A stretch of DNA of 64,000 nt from an uncultured virus (IMG/VR IMGVR_UViG_3300042894_002899) (IMGVR_UViG_3300042894_002899:1-64000), one strand, 5' to 3'. Positions 56,391 to 64,000 are shown, counted from the stretch's first letter. Numbers and translations: made by a program. Notes: a model not told the origin generated them from the letters alone.

Positions 56391-56627
56391 ATGGGACCGA
56401 TCGAAAAAAAAATCTTTGAATTATTAAAAACTGAAGGACTTTCTGAAGAAACTGTGACTACTCTAACTATGATTAAAAATCAAGTTAGAGAAGATGAAAA
56501 ACTAATTGTTAATGAAGCCTATCAGAAAGGTTACCATGATAAAGAAATGAGTCGTAGACCCACTTGGAATTACTTTGATAGTAAGTACAAATCTTTTTTT
56601 ACAAATTTCAGAGTTGGCCAATTGTAA
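56391..56627 (+). CDS. Hypothetical protein
   Basis: ORF preceded by TATTTAT at 56377. Confidence 0.6.
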   Translation: MGPIEKKIFELLKTEGLSEETVTTLTMIKNQVREDEKLIVNEAYQKGYHDKEMSRRPTWNYFDSKYKSFFTNFRVGQL

Positions 56628-56644
56628 AATTTTTCGTATCTTTG
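56614..56644 (+). promoter_or_regulatory. Bacteroidota-type promoter TTG-N20-TATCTTTG
   Basis: Consensus match 4 nt before ATG 56649. Confidence 0.65.
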
Positions 56645-56648
56645 CAAT

Positions 56649-56933
56649 ATGGAAGACTTAAACAAACTTGAATTACCTGAAATAAAATCACTTTGTAAAG
56701 AATACGGAATTGGCACCGTAGGTGATAAAAAAACTTTAATTAAAAAACTTAAATATTTCTTGGACCCTGTTGAAGATGTATTGAACGCACATCCTGGTCG
56801 TAAATTACAAAAAGACCAAAAAATCTTAGGTATTAAAGTATCTGATCAAGAGAAAATTAACGCAACCTTAAAACGTAAAGGACAGTTTTTGTATTATTCT
56901 TTAGGTCATCACTATTATTTGGTAACAGAATAA
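56649..56933 (+). CDS. SAP / Rho-N-like helix-extension-helix nucleic-acid-binding protein
   Basis: LNKLELPEIKSLCKEYGIGTVGDKKTLIKKL. Confidence 0.6.
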   Translation: MEDLNKLELPEIKSLCKEYGIGTVGDKKTLIKKLKYFLDPVEDVLNAHPGRKLQKDQKILGIKVSDQEKINATLKRKGQFLYYSLGHHYYLVTE

Positions 56934-56965
56934 TAAAACAGGATATTTATTAAATAAAAAAAACT

Positions 56966-57268
56966 ATGAAGAAAACTATTAATGAGGAACTTCAGGAAAT
57001 CAAGTTTATGTTTAAATACAAACCTGGTATTGTATTATCTGAACAAGTTGAAGATGAAGATGTTGATTTTGATATGATGGACGTTGAAATGGACGAACAA
57101 AGGGAGGTTCAAATACCTGTTAGACCGGATGTTGATACGCCAACGAAACCAAAGAAACCAGGAACACCATACCGTCCTAAACCAGGACCTAAGAAAGCAC
57201 CTAAAGCTGAGAAGGGAGAAATGCCGTCTTGGTTAACGTTTGATGAACTTGGAATTGAATTTGAATAA
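56966..57268 (+). CDS. Hypothetical protein with INEELQEIKFMF leader and Pro/Lys-rich segment
   Basis: TATTTAT at 56944; leader resembles the C-terminus of ORF 46921. Confidence 0.65.
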   Translation: MKKTINEELQEIKFMFKYKPGIVLSEQVEDEDVDFDMMDVEMDEQREVQIPVRPDVDTPTKPKKPGTPYRPKPGPKKAPKAEKGEMPSWLTFDELGIEFE

Positions 57269-57269
57269 T

Positions 57270-58505
57270 ATGAAAAATATGCACAAGAAACTCTATACTG
57301 AAGGAATTTCAAAAAAAGACTTTTTGAAGTTAACCGAAGCACCTATTGATTACGAAGGACCTGAAAGAATGGAACCGGGTATTGAAAGAAAAATCACAGG
57401 TAAAGAAACACCTTATCATAATTTCCCCGCAATCCCTGAAATGGACCGAGATTTTATTGAGTTGATCTCTTCAAAAAGATTTAAAGACTCGGTTGATAAA
57501 GTTAGAATGGCTATGGGTAACACAAGAGCAATTCAAGGAGATAACCCACTTATGAGTTTGATGATGACCGTAATGGGATCCATGAGAGAACTTATTATGA
57601 TCCAAATGCAAAATAAGAAAGCTCTTGAAGATTTAGCGGTTGAATTAGTTAGAAATGAAATGGGTATTCCTGAAGACGCAATGCAATTCAAGGCAGAACT
57701 TGTAATGCAACCTATGGGTCCTGCACCAGGAATGCAAGAAGAGCCTGAAATGCCGAGTGAAGAAGAAATCGAAGAATTCATGGGAGATGTGGAACAGTTC
57801 AATCTTGAAAGAGCGAAAAGACGTTTCATTAATTCATTAATACAAGGTGCGGCATTTAAAGGTGGTCACATGTTTAATTTGGTTAGAAACGAAATTAACA
57901 ACATTAATCCACGTTTAATGGATCTCTATACGACTTCACAAGCTCTTATGGAACACGCTTATTGGTTATATCCTGATATGGAACAAATGGCTGGTGGTGG
58001 CGGTGGTCAAATGGGACAATCTGAAGTTGATGAAGAAACAGATCCACCAACAGTAAAAGGTAAAGCTGTGACGTTCCCATTACTTGTTCATGAGTTAGTT
58101 AAAGGTGTTTACGAGGTGTTTGGAACACACGGACTACCTGACGACCCAAGACAACAGGAAATGATCTTAAAAGCTGAAGATACATTACCCTCTGAGGTTT
58201 GGGATTCTCGTTTAGGACCAATTTTTTGGGAAAAATTTGTTGCAACTTATCCTATGGAATTATTCGATGAGGATATGAAGCAAATCCAACACTACCTGTT
58301 TATGAGATTTTCATCACTAAGTGCTGAAGAGTTCATGAGAGTGGCAAAAATGATATTGAGTGGTGATCCAAAAGGTAATAAGTTTATTCAAGATATGGTA
58401 AACGACATAGTTCGTGAATTAAAAGATCAAGAATATAAAGATGCGATGGGTTACGAAGACGATGATGATTTAGGTGGAGTAGATTTTAGTGATTTAGGAC
58501 TTTAA
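57270..58505 (+). CDS. Hypothetical protein, Met/Glu-rich, HELVKG motif
   Basis: Long ORF; ATG chosen after the previous stop. Confidence 0.75.
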   Translation: MKNMHKKLYTEGISKKDFLKLTEAPIDYEGPERMEPGIERKITGKETPYHNFPAIPEMDRDFIELISSKRFKDSVDKVRMAMGNTRAIQGDNPLMSLMMTVMGSMRELIMIQMQNKKALEDLAVELVRNEMGIPEDAMQFKAELVMQPMGPAPGMQEEPEMPSEEEIEEFMGDVEQFNLERAKRRFINSLIQGAAFKGGHMFNLVRNEINNINPRLMDLYTTSQALMEHAYWLYPDMEQMAGGGGGQMGQSEVDEETDPPTVKGKAVTFPLLVHELVKGVYEVFGTHGLPDDPRQQEMILKAEDTLPSEVWDSRLGPIFWEKFVATYPMELFDEDMKQIQHYLFMRFSSLSAEEFMRVAKMILSGDPKGNKFIQDMVNDIVRELKDQEYKDAMGYEDDDDLGGVDFSDLGL

Positions 58506-58507
58506 TT

Positions 58508-58536
58508 TTGACACAGAATCATAAAACCATTATACT
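58508..58536 (+). promoter_or_regulatory. Sigma70-like promoter TTGACA-N17-TATACT
   Basis: Perfect -35, 17-nt spacer, 6 nt before ATG 58543. Confidence 0.65.
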
Positions 58537-58542
58537 TGTTTT

Positions 58543-58839
58543 ATGAAGAATATTGATTGTGAAATATACATTAGTCAGGTAATATCTTTTTTTGAGAACA
58601 ACCCAAATGACCTAATGGACTTGATAGGAGAAGTACAAAGAAATGACTTCTATCAAAAGTTGAGAGAGAGATGTGAAAAGAATGTTGATGATGGTGAGGA
58701 CTATGTTCTTACAAGAACGCAAATGATAAACATAGTTCTTGAACTCAAAGCACCGGAACTAATTAAACCACAAAATATAGAATCCGTAGTTGAAGGATTT
58801 GTTATGAAAACAAAATGGGGTGAAATAATTTTAAATTGA
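58543..58839 (+). CDS. Hypothetical protein
   Basis: ORF between promoter and terminator. Confidence 0.65.
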   Translation: MKNIDCEIYISQVISFFENNPNDLMDLIGEVQRNDFYQKLRERCEKNVDDGEDYVLTRTQMINIVLELKAPELIKPQNIESVVEGFVMKTKWGEIILN

Positions 58840-58859
58840 TCGTCAGAATACGATAAATT

Positions 58860-58891
58860 AAACCACAGTCAGAAAACTGTGGTTTTTTTTT
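58860..58891 (+). terminator. Intrinsic terminator
   Basis: AACCACAGT / ACTGTGGTT stem plus T tract. Confidence 0.85.
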
Positions 58892-58900
58892 CTTAGATCT

Positions 58901-58931
58901 TTTGGTATTTATGAAATATTATATATCTTTG
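58901..58931 (+). promoter_or_regulatory. Bacteroidota primary-sigma promoter TTTG-N19-TATCTTTG
   Basis: Exact -33 TTTG / -7 TAnnTTTG consensus and spacing. Confidence 0.75.
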
Positions 58932-58954
58932 TAATGTCTAAAACGGGAAACGAA

Positions 58955-59071
58955 ATGAAAACTATTGAAATCACAATCCAAGAAATCTGGCAAGCAACTA
59001 GACCTATTGTGCAGAAAAGTAAGAAATCTTATACTCGTAAACAAAAACACAAAAACAAACAAAACCAATAA
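58955..59071 (+). CDS. 38-aa basic peptide with ArfA-like C-terminal motif (not in ORF track)
   Basis: MKTIEITIQEIWQATRPIVQKSKKSYTRKQKHKNKQNQ; first ORF after the host-type promoter. Confidence 0.6.
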   Translation: MKTIEITIQEIWQATRPIVQKSKKSYTRKQKHKNKQNQ

Positions 59072-59074
59072 TAT

Positions 59075-59833
59075 ATGATCTACACACCAGAACTTATTAA
59101 ATCAATTGCACCAGCAGTATTCGCAACAGCACCATCTCCAAAGATGACAAACAAGTATGAGTTTGTCCCTACTCACGAGATAATGGATATGTTTGACCGT
59201 CAGGGTTGGCAACTATCATCAGTAAAACAAACAGGTAAAGGTGTTCACAATGTCCACGAGTTGAAATACAGAAACGGACAATTACCTAAAGTTGGTGACT
59301 CTGTTGTTGAAGCGGTGATCCGCAACTCTCACGATGGAACCGCAACATTCTCAATGGGAGCCGGTTTGTTCCGATTGGTATGTTCTAACGGACTCACAGT
59401 TCCTACGTCAGTTGCTGAGAAATTCTCAATCCGTCACAACCACTTCTCATACGACGACGTAAAAGAATTGGCCGACTCATTCTCACAGAAACTTCCAAAG
59501 ATTGAGGCATCTGTAAACCGAATGATGGAGCGTCAGTTGACTGAGAAAGAAAAACTACGTTTGGTTAGCGAAGCGGTTAAGATCCGATGGGCAGTTGGGA
59601 ACCAACCACAATCTTTGGATGTGAGTGATATCCTTACACCATTCCGACCTGAAGACGAAGGTGACGATCTATGGACAACCTTCAACGTGATCCAAGAGAA
59701 GATGGTAAAGGGTGGGTTTTCATACCAAACACCACGAGGACGAACAACCAAACTACGTGGGATTAACAGCATCCAAGCTTCAAACCGATTAAACACTAAA
59801 CTTTGGGAAGCCGCTGAACTATTATTGGTGTAA
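59075..59833 (+). CDS. DUF932/DUF945-family protein
   Basis: APAVFA...KYEFVPT, NSHDGT...AGLFRLVCSNGL, DLWTTFNVIQE. Confidence 0.85.
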   Translation: MIYTPELIKSIAPAVFATAPSPKMTNKYEFVPTHEIMDMFDRQGWQLSSVKQTGKGVHNVHELKYRNGQLPKVGDSVVEAVIRNSHDGTATFSMGAGLFRLVCSNGLTVPTSVAEKFSIRHNHFSYDDVKELADSFSQKLPKIEASVNRMMERQLTEKEKLRLVSEAVKIRWAVGNQPQSLDVSDILTPFRPEDEGDDLWTTFNVIQEKMVKGGFSYQTPRGRTTKLRGINSIQASNRLNTKLWEAAELLLV

Positions 59834-59841
59834 ATTAACAC

Positions 59842-59864
59842 GGGGGTCACTGACCCCCATTTTT
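59842..59864 (+). terminator. Intrinsic terminator
   Basis: GGGGGTC / GACCCCC stem plus ATTTTT. Confidence 0.7.
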
Positions 59865-59869
59865 AAATT

Positions 59870-60217
59870 ATGGGAAATTTCATACACGAAGAGAAGTTTT
59901 TAAAACTTCATCAAGACACAAAATCTGAGTTATTATCGGTTAATAAACTCGAAGATAATCACGAACTAACACCTGACTTTCTTTTTACCAAACCTAAATT
60001 CACTCCATATTTATTGGACGGTAAAGAGGTTTCAGGACAAATGTCATATCTCGAATCAATTTTTGTTTATGATGATGACATTTACCTATATTTATCTAGA
60101 AGTGAGTCAATGTTCTCTTCTTTTTCTTGTAAGATTTATTATCCTATAAAAAAGAGAAAAGACGTAGAATTCTTTATATTAAACTTAAAAAAATTGAAAA
60201 AAAATGGAAATCAGTAG
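59870..60217 (+). CDS. Hypothetical protein
   Basis: ORF overlapping the thioredoxin start. Confidence 0.55.
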   Translation: MGNFIHEEKFLKLHQDTKSELLSVNKLEDNHELTPDFLFTKPKFTPYLLDGKEVSGQMSYLESIFVYDDDIYLYLSRSESMFSSFSCKIYYPIKKRKDVEFFILNLKKLKKNGNQ

Positions 60218-60518
60218 TGTAGAATTACAAGAAAAAATTAAAAATGGTGAAAAAATTGTTGTTGAGTTTTGGGCTGAATGGTGTGGACCATGTAAGATGA
60301 TGAAACCAATATTCGAAAGAGTTGCTAAGGCTAACACAACGGAAGTTCAAATGTATACCATGAATGTTGATACGAATAAAGCCGCTGCTGCAGGACTTGG
60401 TATTAGAAGCATCCCTACTATTAAAGTGTTTAACTCTGGTGAAGTTGTAGATACTAAAGTTGGCGCCCTTAACGAGAATCAAATAAACGAGATGATCGGA
60501 GAGTTAATTCATGGATAA
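60204..60518 (+). CDS. trxA: Thioredoxin
   Basis: FWAEWCGPCKMM, GIRSIPT. Confidence 0.95.
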   Translation: MEISSVELQEKIKNGEKIVVEFWAEWCGPCKMMKPIFERVAKANTTEVQMYTMNVDTNKAAAAGLGIRSIPTIKVFNSGEVVDTKVGALNENQINEMIGELIHG

Positions 60519-60798
60519 GATTGCAGTTGTCTTCACCATGAAGAGTTGTCCCCACTGTCACGACTTCAAAAATATGTTAACTGAAGCGGGGATTGATTTT
60601 ATCGATAGAGATATTGATGAACACGAAGAAGAGTACGACATGTTTGTGGAAGCAACTGGTAATGATTTTGTACCAGCATTCATGTTAGTAGAAAATCCTG
60701 AAAGTGAAAAACCGACCACAGGTCTTTACGCACCTGATCGAGACTTTGAGGATGTTGAACAAGGATTAAATATAATCAGAGAATTTTTCGAAAGATAA
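60511..60798 (+). CDS. Glutaredoxin/NrdH-like redoxin
   Basis: FTMKSCPHC, FVPAF cis-Pro motif. Confidence 0.8.
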   Translation: MDKIAVVFTMKSCPHCHDFKNMLTEAGIDFIDRDIDEHEEEYDMFVEATGNDFVPAFMLVENPESEKPTTGLYAPDRDFEDVEQGLNIIREFFER

Positions 60799-60803
60799 AA
60801 AAC

Positions 60804-60832
60804 AAAACCCCTCGATATCGAGGGGTTTTTTT
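60804..60832. terminator. Bidirectional terminator, perfect 26-bp palindrome
   Basis: AAAACCCCTCGATATCGAGGGGTTTT between convergent genes. Confidence 0.88.
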
Positions 60833-61526
60833 ATATTAAAATGATGTCTTTTAGTCTATCCTGAGCCAAGTATGGTTTTGGATCATCAGGTTTGGTAATA
60901 TCCTCAATTAAGTTGTAGTTTGTCAGACACTCACTAAATTCCTTTACATTCATATCAAACACATCCAAAACGAGATCTTTGATTGTTTTATTAGGTATTC
61001 TTGAATCTGAAACAATTTTTATTTTGTGATCTTCCTCCTCATCAATCTCACTATTATAATAGAACATTAAATTATCTACACCAAGTAAACTATACATTTG
61101 GTTGAAGATATAATGTCCGTAGTAGTAAATTCCTCTACCACATCCTAAACTATATCCATAGGGGAATTCAGATGAGATACTGATCTCAGTAAATGGTTCT
61201 TCTTCCTCGATTTGAAATGATTTATTAACTCTAACCCAAGCTTTAGATAAATCATCAATACTTTGTTCGTACTTGATTATATCGATAACGTTGATGTCCT
61301 TTATACCTAATGATGTGAAAAGGTCCTCAAACTCTTTAATAAAGTCGTATTTAAGATCACTAAGATCTAACTCTTTATCACTTGTTGTTTGACCATTAAC
61401 AACCACAAAGGTTTCACAATCTGTAATTTGGATTATTGTATTTTCTTTCTTGTCGAATTTAGATAGAATGTAGTCGGCAAATAGATTTACAAAATACCGT
61501 CTTGTGTTTTTTTCTAATTTTCTCAT
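60831..61526 (-). CDS. Degenerate S-adenosylmethionine synthetase (MetK)-like protein lacking the central domain and catalytic motifs
   Basis: Manual alignment to MetK N- and C-terminal domains; start placed at MRKLEK. Confidence 0.6.
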   Translation of the reverse strand: MRKLEKNTRRYFVNLFADYILSKFDKKENTIIQITDCETFVVVNGQTTSDKELDLSDLKYDFIKEFEDLFTSLGIKDINVIDIIKYEQSIDDLSKAWVRVNKSFQIEEEEPFTEISISSEFPYGYSLGCGRGIYYYGHYIFNQMYSLLGVDNLMFYYNSEIDEEEDHKIKIVSDSRIPNKTIKDLVLDVFDMNVKEFSECLTNYNLIEDITKPDDPKPYLAQDRLKDIILI

Positions 61527-61575
61527 ACTTTGATTTTTTATAATGTGTATGAGAAATAACTTAAAGTATAAATAG

Positions 61576-62700
61576 TTAGATGTAATCGGTAAAGTTTTCG
61601 TTAATATTCTTTCTTGTTCTATACCAGTCAGGATAGTCAGGTACTCTAAAATCAATACACTCAACCTCACTTTCATTAATCATAGCAACAAGTAAGTTGA
61701 TAAAATCACCAAAATATTCTAAATGAGAGTCAGTGTATTGATCCATTTTTCTTCCATTTAAAAATTCTTTAATAATATTTGGAAAATTCCTGATTTTCAA
61801 ATACTCATGATATACCGTTTTTTTGTTTCCGTCTCTTAAAGTGACTTCCCTTGACACATTATCAAATCCACCCTCAAAAAAATCGTCTAAACCATCATAA
61901 ACAAGGTCATAAACTTCACCTTCATACGCTTGATTTTCAGAGTTCCAATATAAACTTCTTAACTCTTGACCTATTTCTTCTAAGTCATTATTGAATAGTT
62001 CATTTATTGCATTTCCATCTTTCACTAAATCGTTTAAGTCCTGAGGTTTTACTCTAAAATAACCATCAGTTCCTTGTTCTTCAGAAAGACTCTCAAAAAA
62101 ATCAGAGTTATAATCCTCCAAAGACAATTCCTTATCCCCAACTTCTTTATATATAATATCTTTTAGTCTTGTTATGTTTGATTCGTCTAACTCCTCAACA
62201 ACTTCATATGGTTTTACGTTATTATCGTAATACCAGTCGTGACCCATACCATCCTCACTTAAAATCTTTTTCGCCACATATCTGGCTCCACCATCACGAT
62301 TTGACCCACAAAAAAGAAAAGATAAATCCTCTCTATCTTTTACATAAAAATAAAAACCATCAGGTCTAACATCAACATCAGTAATTAGATTGTTGGTTAT
62401 AAAAATCATAGTATCTTCATAGTTATGTGTTAAACCATGAAGAAGGTATAGATTTTTAAATTCTTCTGGCATTGTGTCATAATCTAAATTAGTTACAATA
62501 CCATTATCAACTAAAAATTGAAAAAGTTCCTCATCAAATTCCCTAGACGGTAATTCTCCCAAACTAAGATCATCTAATAAACCATATTTTTTGATAAAGT
62601 TTAAAAAATTGATCACAGTATTAAAGAACGGTTCAATATCCTCCTCGTAATCACCACTATTAAAAGACTTAAGTAAATTTTTTGCTCTTTCTAAACTCAT
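61576..62700 (-). CDS. Acidic hypothetical protein (late-motif gene)
   Basis: 374-aa ORF; minus-strand TATTTAT at 62706-62712. Confidence 0.75.
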   Translation of the reverse strand: MSLERAKNLLKSFNSGDYEEDIEPFFNTVINFLNFIKKYGLLDDLSLGELPSREFDEELFQFLVDNGIVTNLDYDTMPEEFKNLYLLHGLTHNYEDTMIFITNNLITDVDVRPDGFYFYVKDREDLSFLFCGSNRDGGARYVAKKILSEDGMGHDWYYDNNVKPYEVVEELDESNITRLKDIIYKEVGDKELSLEDYNSDFFESLSEEQGTDGYFRVKPQDLNDLVKDGNAINELFNNDLEEIGQELRSLYWNSENQAYEGEVYDLVYDGLDDFFEGGFDNVSREVTLRDGNKKTVYHEYLKIRNFPNIIKEFLNGRKMDQYTDSHLEYFGDFINLLVAMINESEVECIDFRVPDYPDWYRTRKNINENFTDYI

Positions 62701-62720
62701 ATTGAATAAATATCATAAAT

Positions 62721-62750
62721 AAAAAAAGGTGTCCCAAAAGAAACACCTTT
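62721..62750 (-). terminator. Minus-strand intrinsic terminator
   Basis: AAAGGTGT / ACACCTTT stem with A tract on the left. Confidence 0.65.
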
Positions 62751-62771
62751 ATCCGATGATACACGGAAATA

Positions 62772-62915
62772 TTACCTTCTGTAATATTTGTTCACAATTT
62801 TTTTAACTGACTCTTGTACGTTGGTTTGTGCAGTATTAGTACCTTGTTGAGTCTGTGTTTGTGTTTGTGTTTGAGGTTGTTGTGCTTGTTGTTTGTTTTT
62901 ACATCCGCAGCCCAT
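62772..62915 (-). CDS. 47-aa MGCGCK microprotein with Gln/Thr linker
   Basis: True start likely MGCGCKNK; TATTTAT at 62946-62952 on the minus strand. Confidence 0.65.
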   Translation of the reverse strand: MGCGCKNKQQAQQPQTQTQTQTQQGTNTAQTNVQESVKKIVNKYYRR

Positions 62916-63018
62916 GACTTTATATTTTAATTGGTTTATTTGTCTATAAATATCTGTTAAAATAAGATTAGTTGGAAAAATCCAATAATCAATTATATTC
63001 TTAGGATATTTATAACAT

Positions 63019-64000
63019 ATGTCAATTAAAAATCTATTAAGTAATTTACTCATAGAACAGGATGATAGTCTTGTAACTATCACACCTGAACAATATCTTG
63101 AACAATTAGAAAATGTCGGCGGAATAGCAGAAAGAATATCTATGCTTAAACCATATAGAGGTAAAGGTATTGTGATTAATGGTGACTTAAACCTCCGAGA
63201 TGATAAAAATGTTGGACCACTTACCGGTGTCGTAAGGATAATGGGTAGATTGAATATCGCCCGCTCAAATGTACCTAACTTGAACGGTATTACGGTCGAT
63301 GGTTATGTTGATGATTACGGATCATCTATGTGGAAAACAAAAAAACAAGTTGAACTTAATAAAAAACTTGCCGAGTTAGATCAGAAAAGGAAAGAAGACG
63401 AGTGGAATAGTAATAATGACGATGATGATGCTAAAAGAACATCTGCATTGTATAGTATTTTAGGTATACAAGGTATGATCGGTATGACCGAAGATGAAGA
63501 AGGTAACGAAGTACGTGAAGATAAGTATTTTTTGTATCCTCAAGGTAGAGGAACCGGTGGTTATGGTAAACAATATGAATGGTTGGGTGGTGATAACAAA
63601 TTTGAAGGTATTCTTTACGATGTATATACGGAAGATGAGGCAGATATGGCATCAAAAATTGCGGTTAGAAATATGATCGACGACATGGGTTACGACGCTT
63701 TCTCAAGTTGGGTTTGGGATAATGCAATCGATAAAGATCATTGGAGAAGATGGTTAGATGAATTCCACACTGATGTGTACTATCAGGACCCAGAAGGACA
63801 TGAAATTCCTTTAACTTTATCTACAACACAGAAAGCACAAGTAGACAAATTTCAAAAATCAATTAACGACCTTAAAACTAAATTAACTACTGAAAACTTA
63901 CCCGAAGACCAAAAAAATATAATCCTCAAAAAAATCGAAGGATTTGAAAATATAATTGAAGATATTGAAGAAGATCCTCAAGGTGAATACGATGAAGATT
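63019..64000 (+). CDS. Hypothetical protein, truncated by window end (not in ORF track)
   Basis: MSIKNLLSNLLIEQ... open to 64000; TATTTAT at 63007; INGDLNL / IMGRLNI repeat-like segment. Confidence 0.75.
   Translation, partial: MSIKNLLSNLLIEQDDSLVTITPEQYLEQLENVGGIAERISMLKPYRGKGIVINGDLNLRDDKNVGPLTGVVRIMGRLNIARSNVPNLNGITVDGYVDDYGSSMWKTKKQVELNKKLAELDQKRKEDEWNSNNDDDDAKRTSALYSILGIQGMIGMTEDEEGNEVREDKYFLYPQGRGTGGYGKQYEWLGGDNKFEGILYDVYTEDEADMASKIAVRNMIDDMGYDAFSSWVWDNAIDKDHWRRWLDEFHTDVYYQDPEGHEIPLTLSTTQKAQVDKFQKSINDLKTKLTTENLPEDQKNIILKKIEGFENIIEDIEEDPQGEYDED

Noticed and set aside
60804..60829. Perfect 26-bp palindrome as an origin or recombination site
   Set aside because: Its position between convergent stop codons with A/T flanks is fully explained by a bidirectional terminator
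63431..63676. Short track ORFs near the window end
   Set aside because: They lie within the longer open plus-strand frame from 63019 that runs off the window
1..64000. Stop-codon reassignment as in some large phages
   Set aside because: Code 11 gives dense, full-length genes; TAG (7750, 55230) and TGA (ATGA overlaps) act as real stops
1..64000. tRNA, rRNA or structured ncRNA genes
   Set aside because: Intergenic gaps are short and accounted for by promoters, terminators or microORFs; no cloverleaf seen by eye, though a covariance-model scan was not run

Overview
This AT-rich, gene-dense window looks like part of a large (jumbo-type) contractile-tailed dsDNA phage. The host is most likely Bacteroidota: there are TAnnTTTG host-type promoters, a Bacteroidota-like primary sigma factor, SprB repeats, Hc1-like and DUF6576-like proteins, and no Shine-Dalgarno sites. 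Standard code 11 fits. Layout: helicase and class Ia RNR (0-4.8 kb); baseplate, tail and fibre block (5.4-34.2 kb) with an embedded glycosyltransferase and RuvC-like resolvase; primase, nuclease, Mre11/Rad50-like and sigma genes (34.2-42.7 kb); lysis-like and putative head-core genes (42.7-48.5 kb); DnaJ, an adenine methyltransferase, an LRR protein, a family sharing an N-terminal leader, DUF932, Trx/Grx and a degenerate MetK (48.5-64 kb). Top candidate novel systems: (1) a plant SERGT1/HPAT-like peptide O-glycosyltransferase directly behind a Ser/Thr collagen-like tail fibre, suggesting virion glycosylation; (2) late genes sharing a T4-CTS-like leader that ends in Glu, suggesting packaged or injected cargo; (3) a catalytically dead two-domain SAM-synthetase mimic; (4) three promoter classes, including a strand-oriented TATTTAT motif before 18 genes. 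No tRNA, rRNA, CRISPR array or mobile element was seen. All family assignments are by-eye motif recognition, not database searches.
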